Shown here in pieces: positions 14,010-27,719 of a stretch of DNA of 64,000 nucleotides. Under the pieces are notes generated by a model. The model searched no databases. It saw nothing but the letters and a program-made list of their open reading frames with translations, and was not told where the DNA came from. Position 1 is the first letter of the stretch; the number at the start of each line of letters is the position of its first letter. This stretch comes from Tubiluchus corallicola (Eukaryota > Animalia > Priapulida). The stretch lies in assembly GCA_030141605.1 (NCBI GenBank), contig JAQGDQ010000173.1:248001-312000 (forward strand). The letters are read 5' to 3'. The position numbers and the translations under genes are program-made.

Positions 14010-14172
14010 ATTAGGGCTAAGGTTAGGGTCAGGGTTAGGGTCAGGGTCAGGGTTATTGTTGGGTTCGGGTAAGGGTTAGGGTCAGGGTTAGGGTTAGGGT
14101 TAGGGTCAGGGTTATTGTTGGGTTCAGGGTTAGGGTTAGGGTCAGGGTCAGGGTTAGGGTTAGGGTCAGGGT
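14010..14172 (+). repeat. Interstitial TTAGGG/TCAGGG telomere-like tract
   Basis: Roughly 25 hexamers, with a 60-bp higher-order duplication. Confidence 0.9.
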
Positions 14173-14932
14173 TCTAGGATTAAGGTTTGGATTGGGACTT
14201 AAATTATGTGGGGAATTGTAAACTCTTTTCGTACTTTTCAGCGAAATACAAAAATAAAATATCTTCACTTCTTTTAGGCAAGCTTTACAAGGTCTACTGT
14301 AGTCTGTAACAAAGAGAACGAGAAGTATGTTTCTCGGCTGGGGGGAGGGGGAAAGGGGGACAGAGGGGGACAATTGTCAGCTTCACTGTATGAAATGTCT
14401 GAAACCTGCAAATAATTCTTAAAGAAACGAATATAAAATAAGTGAGAAAATTTAATTTTAATTGAAGTTTAATTTGTTGGTAATAAAATAAACCACTCCA
14501 CATGTAACGAATTAAAAATGTGCGGCTTGACTATTAGAAATCCATACAATTGTCTTGTCTTTAAAGAAAATACAATAATATAAAAAATCTTTTAATTAGG
14601 CAATAGTTTGAATAGGATCTTAGATGTTCAAGTAAAATTTTATGAAACTTTCGTTTTGTCACCACAGAGTAAAAATGTACAGACAAAGGTTTTTTACTGC
14701 ATAAATCATCTATATGCAGTACCGTGGCTTTACAATATTATACATAAGTAAACAGAATTGTTAGCATTTTGTAGAAACGTGTCACATGCATCAAAGAATT
14801 CTGTTTCCATTCTGTTCTAACCATGAGTGCCTCAAAGCTTGAATAGGACGAATATTTACTTTTTAATAAGCAAATAAAGGTTTTTCTTTTTGGCAGCTTG
14901 GTAACAAACTATACCTTTCACTGGCTTAGAAA

Positions 14933-15284
14933 ATGATCAGTTTTGCAAGGATAAAGCTTCTCTTAGTTTTTGTTACGTTGTGCGCATGCTCAGAAGCTGT
15001 GGAAAAAGCAAGACCAACTTATAGGCGATTCGCTGGTGAAGATTTCATAACAGAGGAAAATTTTGATCCTCATGGTATAAGTCAAGTGGCAGTTGGTTAT
15101 GAGCCTCCTGTAAGTAAAACTACTGACTAACAATGTGATTTTATTTATCTAATTTTTTAACAATTAATTTCTTAAATTTGGCATTGATTTGCATTAGTAG
15201 CATGATAGCATGGTAAAAATTTCAGAGACAAGCAAACTAAATACAATCGACTTATCAGTGCAGATACGTGGTGTTTCCTACCCA

Positions 15285-15370
<86 letters not shown>

Positions 15371-15382
15371 CTCCTCCCTCTT

Positions 15383-15419
<37 letters not shown>

Positions 15420-16882
15420 CTCTCTCTTTCTCTCTCCTCCTCCTCCCTCTCTCTCTCTCTCTTTTTCTTTCTTTCTTTTCTCTCTCTCTCTCTCTCTCTT
15501 TTTCTCTCTTTATCTTTCTCTCTCTTTCTCTTTCTTCCTCACCCTTCTCTCTCTCTGACTTTCTCTTTCTCTCTCCTTCCTCCTTCTTTCCCCCTCTCTC
15601 TCTTCCTTCCTTGTTAAACCTATTTCACTTGCATAAATCACATACTACATCTTCGTTGTCTCCTTCAGTGGAACTTGTATGATAACGGACGTAGATGTAG
15701 CTTCAATACGGACTGCAAAAGTGCTTGCTGCGTGAGAAGGGAGGGTATTTATACGTGTCAGCCAATGGCTAAGGAAAAAGAGCCTTGCAGCATAGCACCT
15801 CTAAAAGGAGGGAGATATCACGAGTATTGTCCATGTGAGGAGGAAACCGGAAATAGACCAGGTAAACCTATAATTGCTTAATTTTTCTGGTATTTTGTGA
15901 TTCTGTTCTGAAAGAATCCTGTATTTTTACAGCTAATCTAAATGATGCTAATTTTCTTCGTACAAATTGCCACTTTTGTGAATTTAGATCTTAGGAGCTT
16001 TTTGCATTCGATTTCAATACAAATTTTAATAAGTTTGCATATTGGCAGTGTAAATATTTACATTTACGGTAGATTTCGCCTACATACTAACCCTAATAAC
16101 AAGTACAAAATGTACATTTCAGTTGCTTAGTAACGCAAAGATTAATGATAGAAACGTTTCCAAAATAAGTTAAAACAATTGAGATACTTTATGTCAACAA
16201 AAATACAGCACAGGTAAAGAACAAACATGTGACTACCAGGTAACAGCCTGAAAGCTTGGCTTGAAGATAAAAGGTTTACATTGCTGCCACAGATGGCGCC
16301 GCATGCAAAAATATTATAAGCAAAATTAAAAAATGCAGCTAAGTTTGCTGCACTGAGTGTACATTTGGGGTGACTATTCAAGAAATTATGAATACCTCTC
16401 CATGAGTGAGCGCCAATACGAGACTTGCTGAGTTCTAATTAGCCAGCATAATCCCAAAAGAACTTCTTCCCAACCAGGTCTAAGCCTTTCAGTGAGTTCC
16501 AGGGACAAATTAGCACAAGAGCATCCATCAATAATGAGCTTCATCAGCTTCCAGAGGAAGTGAGTAAAATTGTCTTTCCCTTTCCCCACACTGCTGAAAT
16601 ATTTAGATTCACCTTGTAAAATATTTGTGTGTAAAAATTAATTTCTTGTGTCTTGTGTCTTATACACGTGGCTCCTAGCTGTGAGCCCAAGTCTACTGTC
16701 AATTCCAAAACAAAGAAACTTTTAGCTACAATAATTGTAAGATTATTATACTCTTTCAACTTTTTTCAGGTCTCAAGTGCAGAAAAAGAGGTGGGCGACC
16801 GGATTCCGAGATAAAATGTCGTCGTTCACATGGCCGTAAACGTCCTAAAAATTCAAAACGTCATTTTTCCAAATTAACTTAA
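14933..16882 (+). CDS. Secreted prokineticin/astakine-like (colipase-fold) Cys-rich peptide; exons 14933-15109, 15669-15861, 16770-16882
   Basis: Signal peptide MISFARIKLLLVFVTLCACSEA; GT-AG introns in phase (CCT|gtaagt, ttcag|TGG; G|gtaaac, ttcag|GT); 10-Cys pattern CSFNTDCKSACC...C...C...YCPC...GLKC...C; basic C-terminal tail; stop TAA at 16880-16882. Confidence 0.85.
15287..15612. repeat. (CT)n-rich polypyrimidine microsatellite in intron 1 of the astakine-like gene
   Basis: Direct reading. Confidence 0.95.
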
Positions 16883-17604
16883 AAAAACTACCTAGTGTAT
16901 AGCAAAGTTTTACACAAATAAAGTTAGTTTACATTATGTAACAGTTTACCTGTATTACACACAGTCTGGACAATGGTACGTGTTCCCTTCTTTTACAGAC
17001 TACATTGGCAGCAAGATCCTACAGCATATTGACTGGGACAGTGATATTATACTGATGAGTTATTTCATCAAAAGCTTGATATTTTACTACCTCTTACAAA
17101 GTTTTAAGCTAAAATTGCGAAGCCATCTCAATACTGAATTTACTTTTAAATACGTAATTAAGTGAAACTCTTTTCGTCATTTGTATAATAGGATCTTTCT
17201 AACGATTCTTTAGAGAAACATGAGCTACACATAGATCAGTAATATATACATTTAGTAATTACATGATAACTGTTGTATTACTAACGTGTGTTAGTGTTTA
17301 TTATATTTCCTACAAAAATTTAACTTAATTTTAATAAAGATTTACATATTACTGTCAGTTTGCAACCTACAGCTCAGTCGAGACATTTTCTCTAAGTATT
17401 TCTTGCCACATCTACAGATCTCATACTCTCATACACTGATGGTTTATAATGAAAAGGTGTATTGAATGTTTAAATGATGTTTAGAGAAAGAAGCATTTGA
17501 GATGGCTTTGCCGGTCAGCCATCTTGTTTGCAGGAAGTCATGGTGGGAATTGAAAGCTATATTTTGCCAGCTGAAAACAAAAATAACGTGTTATGGGAGT
17601 CAGA

Positions 17605-17869
17605 AGAAGAGATCAGAATTCATGCAAAACACGTGATAACTATAGGTAACTAGAAACAGTAATTTCAGTTTATTTACTTCACTTCAATGGCACATCATAG
17701 TAGCATACACTTTACATACACGTATATCAATAATTTTATGGGCGTCACAAGAAGAGATCAGAATTCATGAAAAACACGTGATAACTATAGATAACTAGAA
17801 ACAGTAATTTCAGTTTATTTACTTCACTTCAATGGCACATCATAGTAGCATACATTTTACATACACGTA
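17605..17869. repeat. Two-copy direct duplication (~120 bp, period 145)
   Basis: agaagagatcagaattcatg...tttacatacacgta at 17605 and 17750. Confidence 0.9.
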
Positions 17870-20065
17870 AATCATGATATAACTTCAAGCTGCTTTAACA
17901 GATAAATTTTAACACTTATAGGTATAATGATTTGAATTTATGTTAGTCTATGACAATACTACTGCAGCAGTTTAAGAAACTTATTATAGCTTTGTAAGAA
18001 CAGCTGAATGTAAAATAGAAACGAGGAGGTAAAACTACTTACAAGGGTAAATACAGAGATAGAAATATGTAAAAAATATTTTGGCTAAAACAAGAAAAGA
18101 ACAGGTGTAAGAATTACAGTTACTATGACAGCATCGACATGCGGCCATGTGTGGCAATGAGTCAATACTGATAAATATTAATTACCAATAAGTATCAAAA
18201 TATGCTGGTTAGCACGCCGCCCTGTTATGGCTGATGGTAATTAAACCTAAAACTAAATTTAACAAATACTAATATAATTGTTTTGCAGATCATGATAGGG
18301 AAAATGGAAGAAAATCTGTGACATATAGGCCCAAATTATTCCACATAAGTGACCCCTTCAACTCTTTCATAGTGGTTACAAAATCCCAACATATAATCAA
18401 ACTATAGTACTTTTGCCATATGAATAAAGGCTGCATTGATCTCTGCACTGGAGAACCACCGCCTCTTTTTCTTATTCCAAACTAAATGCACTCTGTTTTT
18501 AGAAAACACATTGCTAGTAGACAATTGTTCTTAAAGCCTACTTAGGGAAAAAAGGTGAGAAATTAAGCAAAAAAAAAAAACAGCTGAGTCTCTGCGAACT
18601 ACGGTAATAAACTTAAAGTAGGTTTAACCAGTTGATGGCTTCATCATTTTCATCCCGTCTACATTTTTGGCTAATTTTACTCCAGCGAACTCGTAATAAG
18701 CATTTACAAACTGCGCATTGTTCATTTTTCATGATGCGGCTTTTTCTCCTCACAGCTTACGCCTTACGGATTATGATGTGACACAGGCCTAATGGTTTTG
18801 AAATGCTTGACAATCCAAAAACTAGCATTCGTACTATTACTGTGCAGCATACAAACCATTATTACATTAAATAGTAAGCTTGTCTGTTTAACACAGATAT
18901 TATAAGTGTACGCACAACAAGATAGTATAAGAAAATCATCAAAGCACAAACTATTTTGCCATAAAATCCAACATTTAATCCTCACTAAACAGGGCTTGTT
19001 GCCCTTTTCATGCATACTTTTAAAAAAAGGACAAGCTATTTAGCATATTGAGTTTATTTTACTACTAACACTGAAATTTAGAAAAATATATCAAATAAAT
19101 TTACAGAAAAACTGTCTATATAAAGCATTAAGTTAATAAAAAAACTACTGTTGAATAGAAATTTTCAGGCATGGCGGTAGCCAACGTTTAATGGAAAATT
19201 ACGATGTAACTGGTGTGACTTTTCATTAGCATATCATGGCTTTTCATAAGTGTGTGCCACTTAAACAAATTCAGACTTGTACAGCTTGCCTAATGTTCGA
19301 GCAAGTATATCACAAACGTGCCAATAAAAAAATAAAACAAAAAATCCTGAGGCAATACATAATTTGGAAATTGTAAGTGAATAAATATCATTAGCTAAAT
19401 AATAGATGCCTCTTTTTAGACTTAATTTATGTAGATTTACAAAGTATTACTGCCATTTTCTTCTGTAGTGAGAAGGCGATATTAGCTTCCTTGAAAACAA
19501 AAGAAAAATTAATAACTTCAAAGTGATGGAATCATCACAACTAGTTAAAAATCTTGATACACTTTAAAGAATTGTCTTAAATACATTTAAAATATGCACA
19601 CTAACAAATTTACTAATAAATTGACAAAAGAAACATTTTGTTACTACAGGACCTGAACTTATTTGTTATGTCAGCCAGTCAGGGCAGTCCGCCACTAGCC
19701 AGTAAGGGCACATTTTAAATGACAGTGTTGCGTACTACGCAATGTTAATTTTTAAGCTACGGCAACTAGTCACTGCCCAGGCCATGAAAGACATGCACCG
19801 CGCATTCAATAGCGTGGTCGCGACGAATGACCGAAATGACGGGAACACGTGACTTCGGCGGAGTATATAAGTCCGAAAATACGCGGGATTCCGTTCTTTT
19901 CGATTTATGTTGTTTGCGTTTTCGTAAATATCGTTAGTTTTGTTGATAAGAGAAGCTGGAGAAAATTATTAAATCGGAAGCAAAAATGGGCGGCGAGTCT
20001 TTTCTTTGTTTAGTCAATTTAGATTGCCAAGTTCACTCTTTGTTTTCCAGAGAATAAAAGTCATC

Positions 20066-21136
20066 GGCGCTATTACACTTTCGCACCGCCTAGCTTTTTC
20101 TAGGTTATTACTCGTTTTTAGGCTCGTATGTCATCATTCTATTATTCTTACGTCATCAGTGAATGTTTCCGCTAATCTAATTGTAATTTAATCGTATATT
20201 TAGGTATAATTACCAATAATTACGCTGTATTCACAGTTCTACGGCGCTATTACACTTTCGCACCGCCTAGCTTTTCCTGGCCTATTGGTTGTTTTCACGC
20301 CTGCAGACCAACAGGCGTAATATACACCATATTCCCATAATATTATTGCTGCGTACGCTTTATAAGTCCAGATTAAAATCAGATTAAAATCATGCATTAC
20401 TTAGCTACAGCCGCCATTAAAAGCTGCACGTGAATAACCGTGTTTACATCACTGATGCGCAATCGCTCTCGCGCAGTGACGTATATGGCCCTTAACCTGT
20501 ATTTTTAGTTTCTTCACATAATTTATGATTATTAGGGTTGCAGCTACAGGAGTTTGTATCGTATCGCGGGTGGGCCTGGAACGGAACAGTTATTTATCAG
20601 TAATTTTATTTATTACTGTAGTATTATTACTATTAGATTATAAAAAAGTAAAGGTTTTTTCTTTATTTCGTAAATGCGGTGAAGATGAAAGTGTGTCACG
20701 TGCCTTTTAAGTTAGGCCCTGATAATGCATAAACTAGTACGAAATTCGTCACGTGACCACACACACAAACAAAATGGCGATACTGTGTCGAACTGTGAAT
20801 ACAGCGTAATTATTGGTAATTATGCCTAAATAAGATTAAATTACAATTAGATTAGCGGAAACATTCACTGATGACGTAAGAATAATAGAATGATGACTTA
20901 CGAGCCTAAAAACGAGTAATAACCTATAAAAAGCTAGGCGGTGCGAAAGTGTAATAGCGCCCAGTTCTACACCTATACAGGGCGTAGCGCCATCTTGTTT
21001 GTGTGTGTAGTCACGTGACGAATTTCGTACTAGTTTATGCATTATCAGGGCCTAGCTTAAAAGCACGTGACACACTTTTATCTTCACCACATTTACGAAA
21101 TAAAGAAAAAACCTTTATAATCTAATAGTAATAATA
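20066..21136. repeat. Interleaved inverted repeats A-B-A'-B'
   Basis: A 20066-20240 is inverted at 20790-20961; B 20621-20779 is inverted at 20987-21136. Confidence 0.9.
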
Positions 21137-21137
21137 T

Positions 21138-21648
21138 TCTTCTGTAACTGTAAGAACTGTCGTGCTCTAACTTCTTTTCTTCTGTAATTGCAAGAACTGT
21201 CGTGCTCTATCTTCTATTCTTCTGTAACTGTAATTACTGTCATGGTCTGTCTTCCGTTCTTCTGTAACTGTAAGAACTGTCATGCTCTATCTTCCATTCT
21301 TCTGTAACTGTAAGAATTGTCGTGCTCTATCTTCTGTTCTCCTGTAACTGTAAGAACTGTCATGCTGTATCTTCTATTCTTCTGTAACTGTAAGAACTGT
21401 CATGCTCTATCTTCTGTTCTCCTGTAACTGTGAGAACTGTCATGCTCTATCTTCTATTCTCCTGTAACTGTAAGAACTGTCATGCTGTATCTTCTATTCT
21501 TCTGTAACTGTAACAACTGTGTTGTTCTATCTTCTATTCTCCTGTAACTGTAAGAACTGTCGTGTTCTAACTTCTTTTCTTCTGTAACTGTAATTACTGT
21601 CATGGTCTATCTTCCATTCTTCTGTAACTGTAAGAACTGTCATGCTCT
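21138..21648. repeat. 40-bp minisatellite, ~13 copies
   Basis: Unit ttcttctgtaactgtaagaactgtcatgctctatcttcta. Confidence 0.95.
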
Positions 21649-24640
21649 TGACCAATAACAGTTTAACTGATTCAATTTAGGAGCTTGGTTTCTAAATCAA
21701 TGTGCATTCAGAATTTCTTTTGTAAAACACCTCATCTCAAACACTAGAACAGACTAATGCGCAAATATATGTGTGGATTAATTTTGGCCTAATTATCGAC
21801 TGAACACATTCACTCATCATTAAAATGTGCTTTAGTTGGTAATTTACATCTAAATACATCATTTTTGCATTTTACCTTTTTACCATGCGCATCCAGTAAA
21901 CCTTTTCTATGGCTTTTTCTAAATATGTTTTGCGCACAAAATACTTTCAGTTATTTATTTTAGGCGCATTGTCTCACCACGAAATAAAAGTGAAAATGCA
22001 ATATGTCGATTTCTTTAAAATTGTCGAAACTACTTCGCTTGTCTATACATTATACGGGTAGTATCTGATAAAACAAAATGTGAGACGTGCTGACGTAGAA
22101 CTAGTCTACTCACAACTACAAAGATAATCAGATCATAAACTCAGGCACTCAACATCTTCAGTTGATTGTCGGTTGTCTACAGTTATTCCAGCATAGATAA
22201 GTGAATGTAACTAAGTGAATTTAAATTTCGTATTACTAGTAAGTCCACCTGTCTTTAAGTGTAATGTATCCTATGGTGGTCAGCAAAACCACAAATTATG
22301 CTGTTGCTGTTTACTAATGAAACGCGGCGGTTTATCAAAAGTAATTTACAAATTATGGTGGCGGTAATTTTTTACCCCCTGTTACCAAAATCGGTTGTAA
22401 AAAGTCGTGACCCTATAAGGGTTAATTGACGCTTAATTATCATCATTAATTAAAACAACTGAATCTTTTCGCAAAACTCCCCTAGACTGAAATTTCTTAA
22501 CAGTGAAAAGTAGAGAGCTCAAATTAAGATATGAACCTGACCAAATATTCGAAAACTCATTAATCAAACTTCATGTTTGCTGAGTATGTAATAAAACACT
22601 TGGTCGCCATCTTATCGTCCGAAGCTGCTTACACAACAGGAGACCCAGTAGTAGTAGTAATTTATTGGATGTAACAATGAAATTATGAGTGGAACAATTT
22701 TGCAGTCCAATACATTACATTAAGCAAATCGTCTGATGTGTCACCTAGAAAATAGCGCCTTTACTAAAGCTCATGTCGAGTACTTTCCTACTGGCACCAT
22801 TAAAGAGACCTGGAACTCTCCATCTCGCACAGCAGGAACTTCTCACGGAAACTGTTTTCCATCATAATCAACTATGTACCTGACGCGAATCAGTAAATAT
22901 CCGCGAGAAACGTAGGGAACAACAATTTTCTTTTTTTGTTAATGTGGAACTATTTGGCAGGGAGGCGGAGGAGTTGGGAACTATTTTTTAGCAGACGAAA
23001 AAAACCGCTTTTATGTTAAATTTGTTCATTTTGTGTGGTGTTATTTTATATCTTTATAAGTTTTAATAAAAGCATTTAGTGTTCTGAATAATGCATGTCT
23101 GGAGCATTTGTTTTTGCCGCCTGCGTTTATTATTTGCGGGTTGTCTGTCTTGTTCGAAACAAGTGTTTACCCGGATATCAGAAGGGGTATCAGAACATAT
23201 GATTTTCCCCTCGCAAAGGTAAGGTTTTTTGTTAAATTTAATCATCAATGACCAATGGTAAAGGTACTACTCCGAACGTAAAAGAAGGGCATTTTCTATA
23301 GTACCAGCCTCTCATTTCACTGATCTCACTGCTGCTTTGGGTTGCTTCATCTGCCTTGTTAGTTAGTCTCTTAATGCCTTACTGATTGTCTGTGCTCAAG
23401 ACATAGGCTACACCACCTTAAAGAAGTGCATCTTTACAATGTTTGAAATGGACTTTACAATCATCAAAGTTCAGCTTCTCATTCCTCTGCTGTTTGACTA
23501 GACGTAGCCTCGTTAATAGATTCGTTCTTAATGGCATTCGCAGCTTCTACAAAGCTTTTTGCATTAGCTACTGTTTGTTTTCGTGCTCTTTACTTTGTTC
23601 TACGCGAAGCGCTTAGCTGCCCCACCGGTACCATCAACAGGCCACTTCTCGTGTGAAATGACGAAAAAATTCCACTCATTTTGACTGCTAATATTTTTAA
23701 CTGCTATCATGATTAGTGATACTTATTTTCATATTTTAACTACTCATTGCACACAGTAGCAAAATTTGAAATGATGTGATTTGTGGAGGTTTTATATTCT
23801 CGGGGGAGACAAGTGAATTCACTTTTCAGTTAGTAACGCTATACGGCTTGCTGAGGTTGGGAAAATGCAACTAAGTTGGCATTTTCAAGACGTATCTCTC
23901 AATCTTGCTAATATAAATCCATGAAGCCACTACACTGCCTGTATGGATTTGATACTTCTGATTAGAGTGCATTATTTATTTTGAATAGATGGCTTCTTTA
24001 CCATTATACAAATTTTGCCAATGAAATATAGCATGAAGTCTTAAAACACGTTTTATATTAAAAATTTTATTACCACTACATTTTTACAAGAACTTAAAAT
24101 TTGAAAAATATAACATCGACTGCGCCAAATTATACGCCCTATACACCTTTTCGCTTGGAAATTCTAGATTGTTCCTGTTAAATGAAGTTTACAACCCCGT
24201 GTTTGTAGCAGTACATTTAGACATTTTGTTATAACAATGTAAAAACAGGAGTAAAATAAATAATTTATAAATAAGTAAATAAGTACATAAATATTTCAGA
24301 CTTGCTTAGCAATTTCTATAATTAACGAGTTAATTTGAACGTATATTATAATCGTATCTAACTATAATCACACAAAATTGGGCCATAATTGGAAAACACT
24401 ACAGAAAAGACCAACTAAGTCCATTATTATCAAATCACTGTCAGTCTAATATTTTCCTACCGGAGACATAAACTAATAGTTAAAGGGGAAGAAAAGGGGA
24501 TTTTAAAGTTTATCCCAAAAAAAACATTCCAAGCAAAGTTATACAACTTAGCATGACACTTAGCTATTTGAAAGACTTATGCAATTGGAAAAGAAAATTC
24601 TTGATAATTTAAAATGTTTGTGTCACCTGATAAAATGATA

Positions 24641-25031
24641 CTGCATCACTGCCCAGTGTGGTCACCACTGCATCACTGTCCTAGTGTGGTCACCACCGCA
24701 TCACTGTTCTAGTGTGGTCACCACTGCATCACTGTTCTAGTGTGGTCACCACTGCATCACTCTCCCAGTGTGGTCACCACTGCATCACTGTCCTAGTGTG
24801 GTCACCACCGCATCACTGTTCTAGTGTGGTCACCACTGCATCACTGTTCTAGTGTGGTCACCACCGCATCACTGTCCTAGTGTGGTCACCACTGCATCAC
24901 TGTCCCAGTGTGGTCACCACTGCATCACTCTCCCAGTGTGGTCACCACTGCATCACTGTCCCAGTGTGGTCACCACTGCATCACTGTCCCAGTGTGGTCA
25001 CCACTGCATCACTGTCCCAGTGTGGTCACCA
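24641..25031. repeat. 28-bp minisatellite, ~14 copies
   Basis: Unit gtgtggtcaccactgcatcactgtccca. Confidence 0.95.
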
Positions 25032-25367
25032 CAGATTCAACAAAAAACACATTACTGATCTTAATAACAATATATAACAATTTGAGTTTTCTATTATTAT
25101 ATTATATTACCTTAACTAAGCTTTAAACTTAATTAGCAAAGTGCGCGCTAAGAATGCTTTCATTATTTTTTTAAATTTTACGCAAACTTACCTAAACTTG
25201 TTTCAAATGACTTGAACTTAAATGACTGTGTGTAACGCTCTTTACGGGAGTATAAATGTGCTATCTTTATCAAGCGTTACTGCTAAGGCAAGCATTGTAT
25301 GCAATAAGATAGCATATAAATGATACGATTTAAAAAAATTAAGCATAATTTATGAAGAGTTTACGAC

Positions 25368-25575
25368 GAGATGGTTTAGTCTAGTGGTAATGCGTCTGCT
25401 TTCCGTCTGGGAGGTCGTGACTTCGAACCAGCGGCCGGGTCATACCAAAGACTTAAAAATGGTACCTGCTTCGCCCTGCCTGACGTGTGGTATTTAGGGT
25501 AAAAGTGGGGTAATAATAGTCTCTGTTATGTAGTTGTAGGTTGTTATTTACAGTCGGCGATAATAGTTCTTTGAA
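25368..25575 (+). mobile_element. tRNA-derived SINE
   Basis: A-box-like ggtttagtctagtggt, B-box-like gacttcgaacc, body gggtcataccaaagac...; second copy at 47380-47572. Confidence 0.8.
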
Positions 25576-26533
25576 CTAATGTATTATTATTATTAGAGTA
25601 TTTTCATGTGCTTTAAAGAAATCCAGCAGTAATAACCTAACAGTGATGTACAATGATAACAACAACTTTTTGAAAATGATAACAACAATGCTTTGAAAAT
25701 TGCAACAACAATAACAATTAAATGCAATACAGAGTGCACACGATGCAGGATCTATGTGCGGGAAACAAACTGACAGATCTGTGGGCTCAACAAGTGCTGT
25801 TTTATATATATGCATAGGTATATATGTCACATGCAGATTTTTATTAAAACGTCCTTAATTTTCTGTTTCGGATGAACTGACCCTGCTTGCTTTCATGTTT
25901 GGGATCGGTACAAGAATCTGCCCCAGACAAAACAAGGTCAGACCAATGAAATGCAATCATTTTAATCACGTGTCATCTAAGATCTGTATATTAAAGTTAC
26001 CTATGACACTGTTTGCTTCATACAGAGGTTGCTGTGTAGGTGTAATGTTTTATCCCACATAATTTGAGTCAAATAATTGTGTGTCGGATAGATTTTTTTA
26101 CCATTTTTTACATACTAGTATAAGTACTAGTATGAAGCTGTGTATGTGTAAGCTAATAATGTATATCTTCAGCAATGCAGTTTGCTGTTTTTTACAAAGT
26201 TCAGTGTAACTTGTATTAATGGGCAATCACTCCACGGATCTGCATGCAAATTCGTATGATCAATTCTTACACTTAACACACTCTTTTTAACTCTTTCTTT
26301 CATTGTTAAAGAAAATAACACATGCACAACTTATGCAGTTATTCAGCTTAAAACAAGAACTATCTCGAAAAGTATGCAATGCTGAATACTAATTATTTTG
26401 CAATGTTAGATAATTACAATGTAAATCTAGTTAATTCTCGGTACCACATAAATTTTAAAAAATTGCACCCTTCCATAATACGTGTGTGTGTGTGTAATGG
26501 ATGCCCTTATATTAAAACCTAGCCTACACATCA

Positions 26534-26587
<54 letters not shown>

Positions 26588-26631
26588 AAATGCTTTATTG
26601 CATGCATAATTTACTTAAGCACAATTAAGGC

Positions 26632-27719
26632 TCAAGCAAAAATTTCTTCAATATCCAGAGCCTGACTATTTTTTCTTGACTGTCGACGTCTCATTCGAGC
26701 TTGCTTGATTTGATTGAATCGTGTGAGTGAAGACACTCGCTTGGCTATGTACTCTGCAATGTCGTAATGTCGTTTATGTTTCATCTTCTTCACCATGGAG
26801 TCGTACGAATGCATAAGAAGTACCTTGAATATACCCAACACGTATACGAGGACGAAAGTCATGTAAATGGTGAAAAAGAGCGGGCCAAGTTTCGAATGAG
26901 CAGCATCGAAAACGCTGAACTCTCCACCTCGCACGATCATGTTAAACAAAGTTTCAAGACTCAAAATGAATGTAGTGAATTGCCTCGCTTCCAGACCAAA
27001 TACTAACATCCCAAACATTGCAAACGGTAGTAAGGTAAAAAGCAGAAACAAACAAAAATGCAACAGCGGTTTTATCGACAGCGCTAGACTGAAAAAATAC
27101 ACTGACATCATACGGTTAAAGATGAGAACATGCCACAGTTTGATGGTTACCAAGATGACCAACCACGCCAACCCACCCGTCAGCGAGAAATCTAACAAAG
27201 CGGCTTCATAGAAGCTGATGAACACAGATTTATCATTTTCGGAGTACCGCTCTAGTAATTTTCTCACGACTATCGCCTTCTTTGTGAACAAGATGATGCA
27301 TACGGTGGATAGCAGCACAATGACAAGCTCCACCCAGTTCCAGAATTTGCTGAAGTATTCCATTCGTTTATTATAAATCTTCTTGACTTCACGGTAGATG
27401 AAAATAAGCAGAAGCAAGACATAGATCACCTCGCTTGCAAGTAGAGACAAAGCATTCGACTGAACGTACTTGTATAGGTTCAGAGTGAATATGGACTGAT
27501 AGGGGAAAATTCCACCTGTCCCGTGGAACTCCACCATCAGATTGACGATGCTGAATAGCTGTGAATTAACACTGAAGAGAGTGAATTCGATCATCACAAC
27601 ACGAGTTTGGTCATCGATCCAGCGCGAGTTAATCAGGTGGTTGAATATTTGTCTGTTTACGGTCGTGTTGCGTGTTAGTTCTTGTACGTAGCCTCCGCCA
27701 CTGTACAGAGCAAAACGAC
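26632..27719 (-). CDS. PKD1L-like terminal exon: polycystin TOP domain end, channel TM segments and stop
   Basis: Acceptor ttttcgcag|GT; translation GRFALYSGGGYVQEL...RWIDDQTRVVMIEFTLF...FWNWVELVIV...LFG...LGPLFF; stop TGA at 26632-26634. Confidence 0.95.

Noticed and set aside
15210-15617. Leu/Ser-rich ORFs
   Set aside because: (CT)n microsatellite inside an intron.
25368-25445. tRNA gene
   Set aside because: No proper cloverleaf; it continues into a SINE body present twice. Fainter tRNA-like relics near 4115 and 7640-7690 are too degenerate to call.
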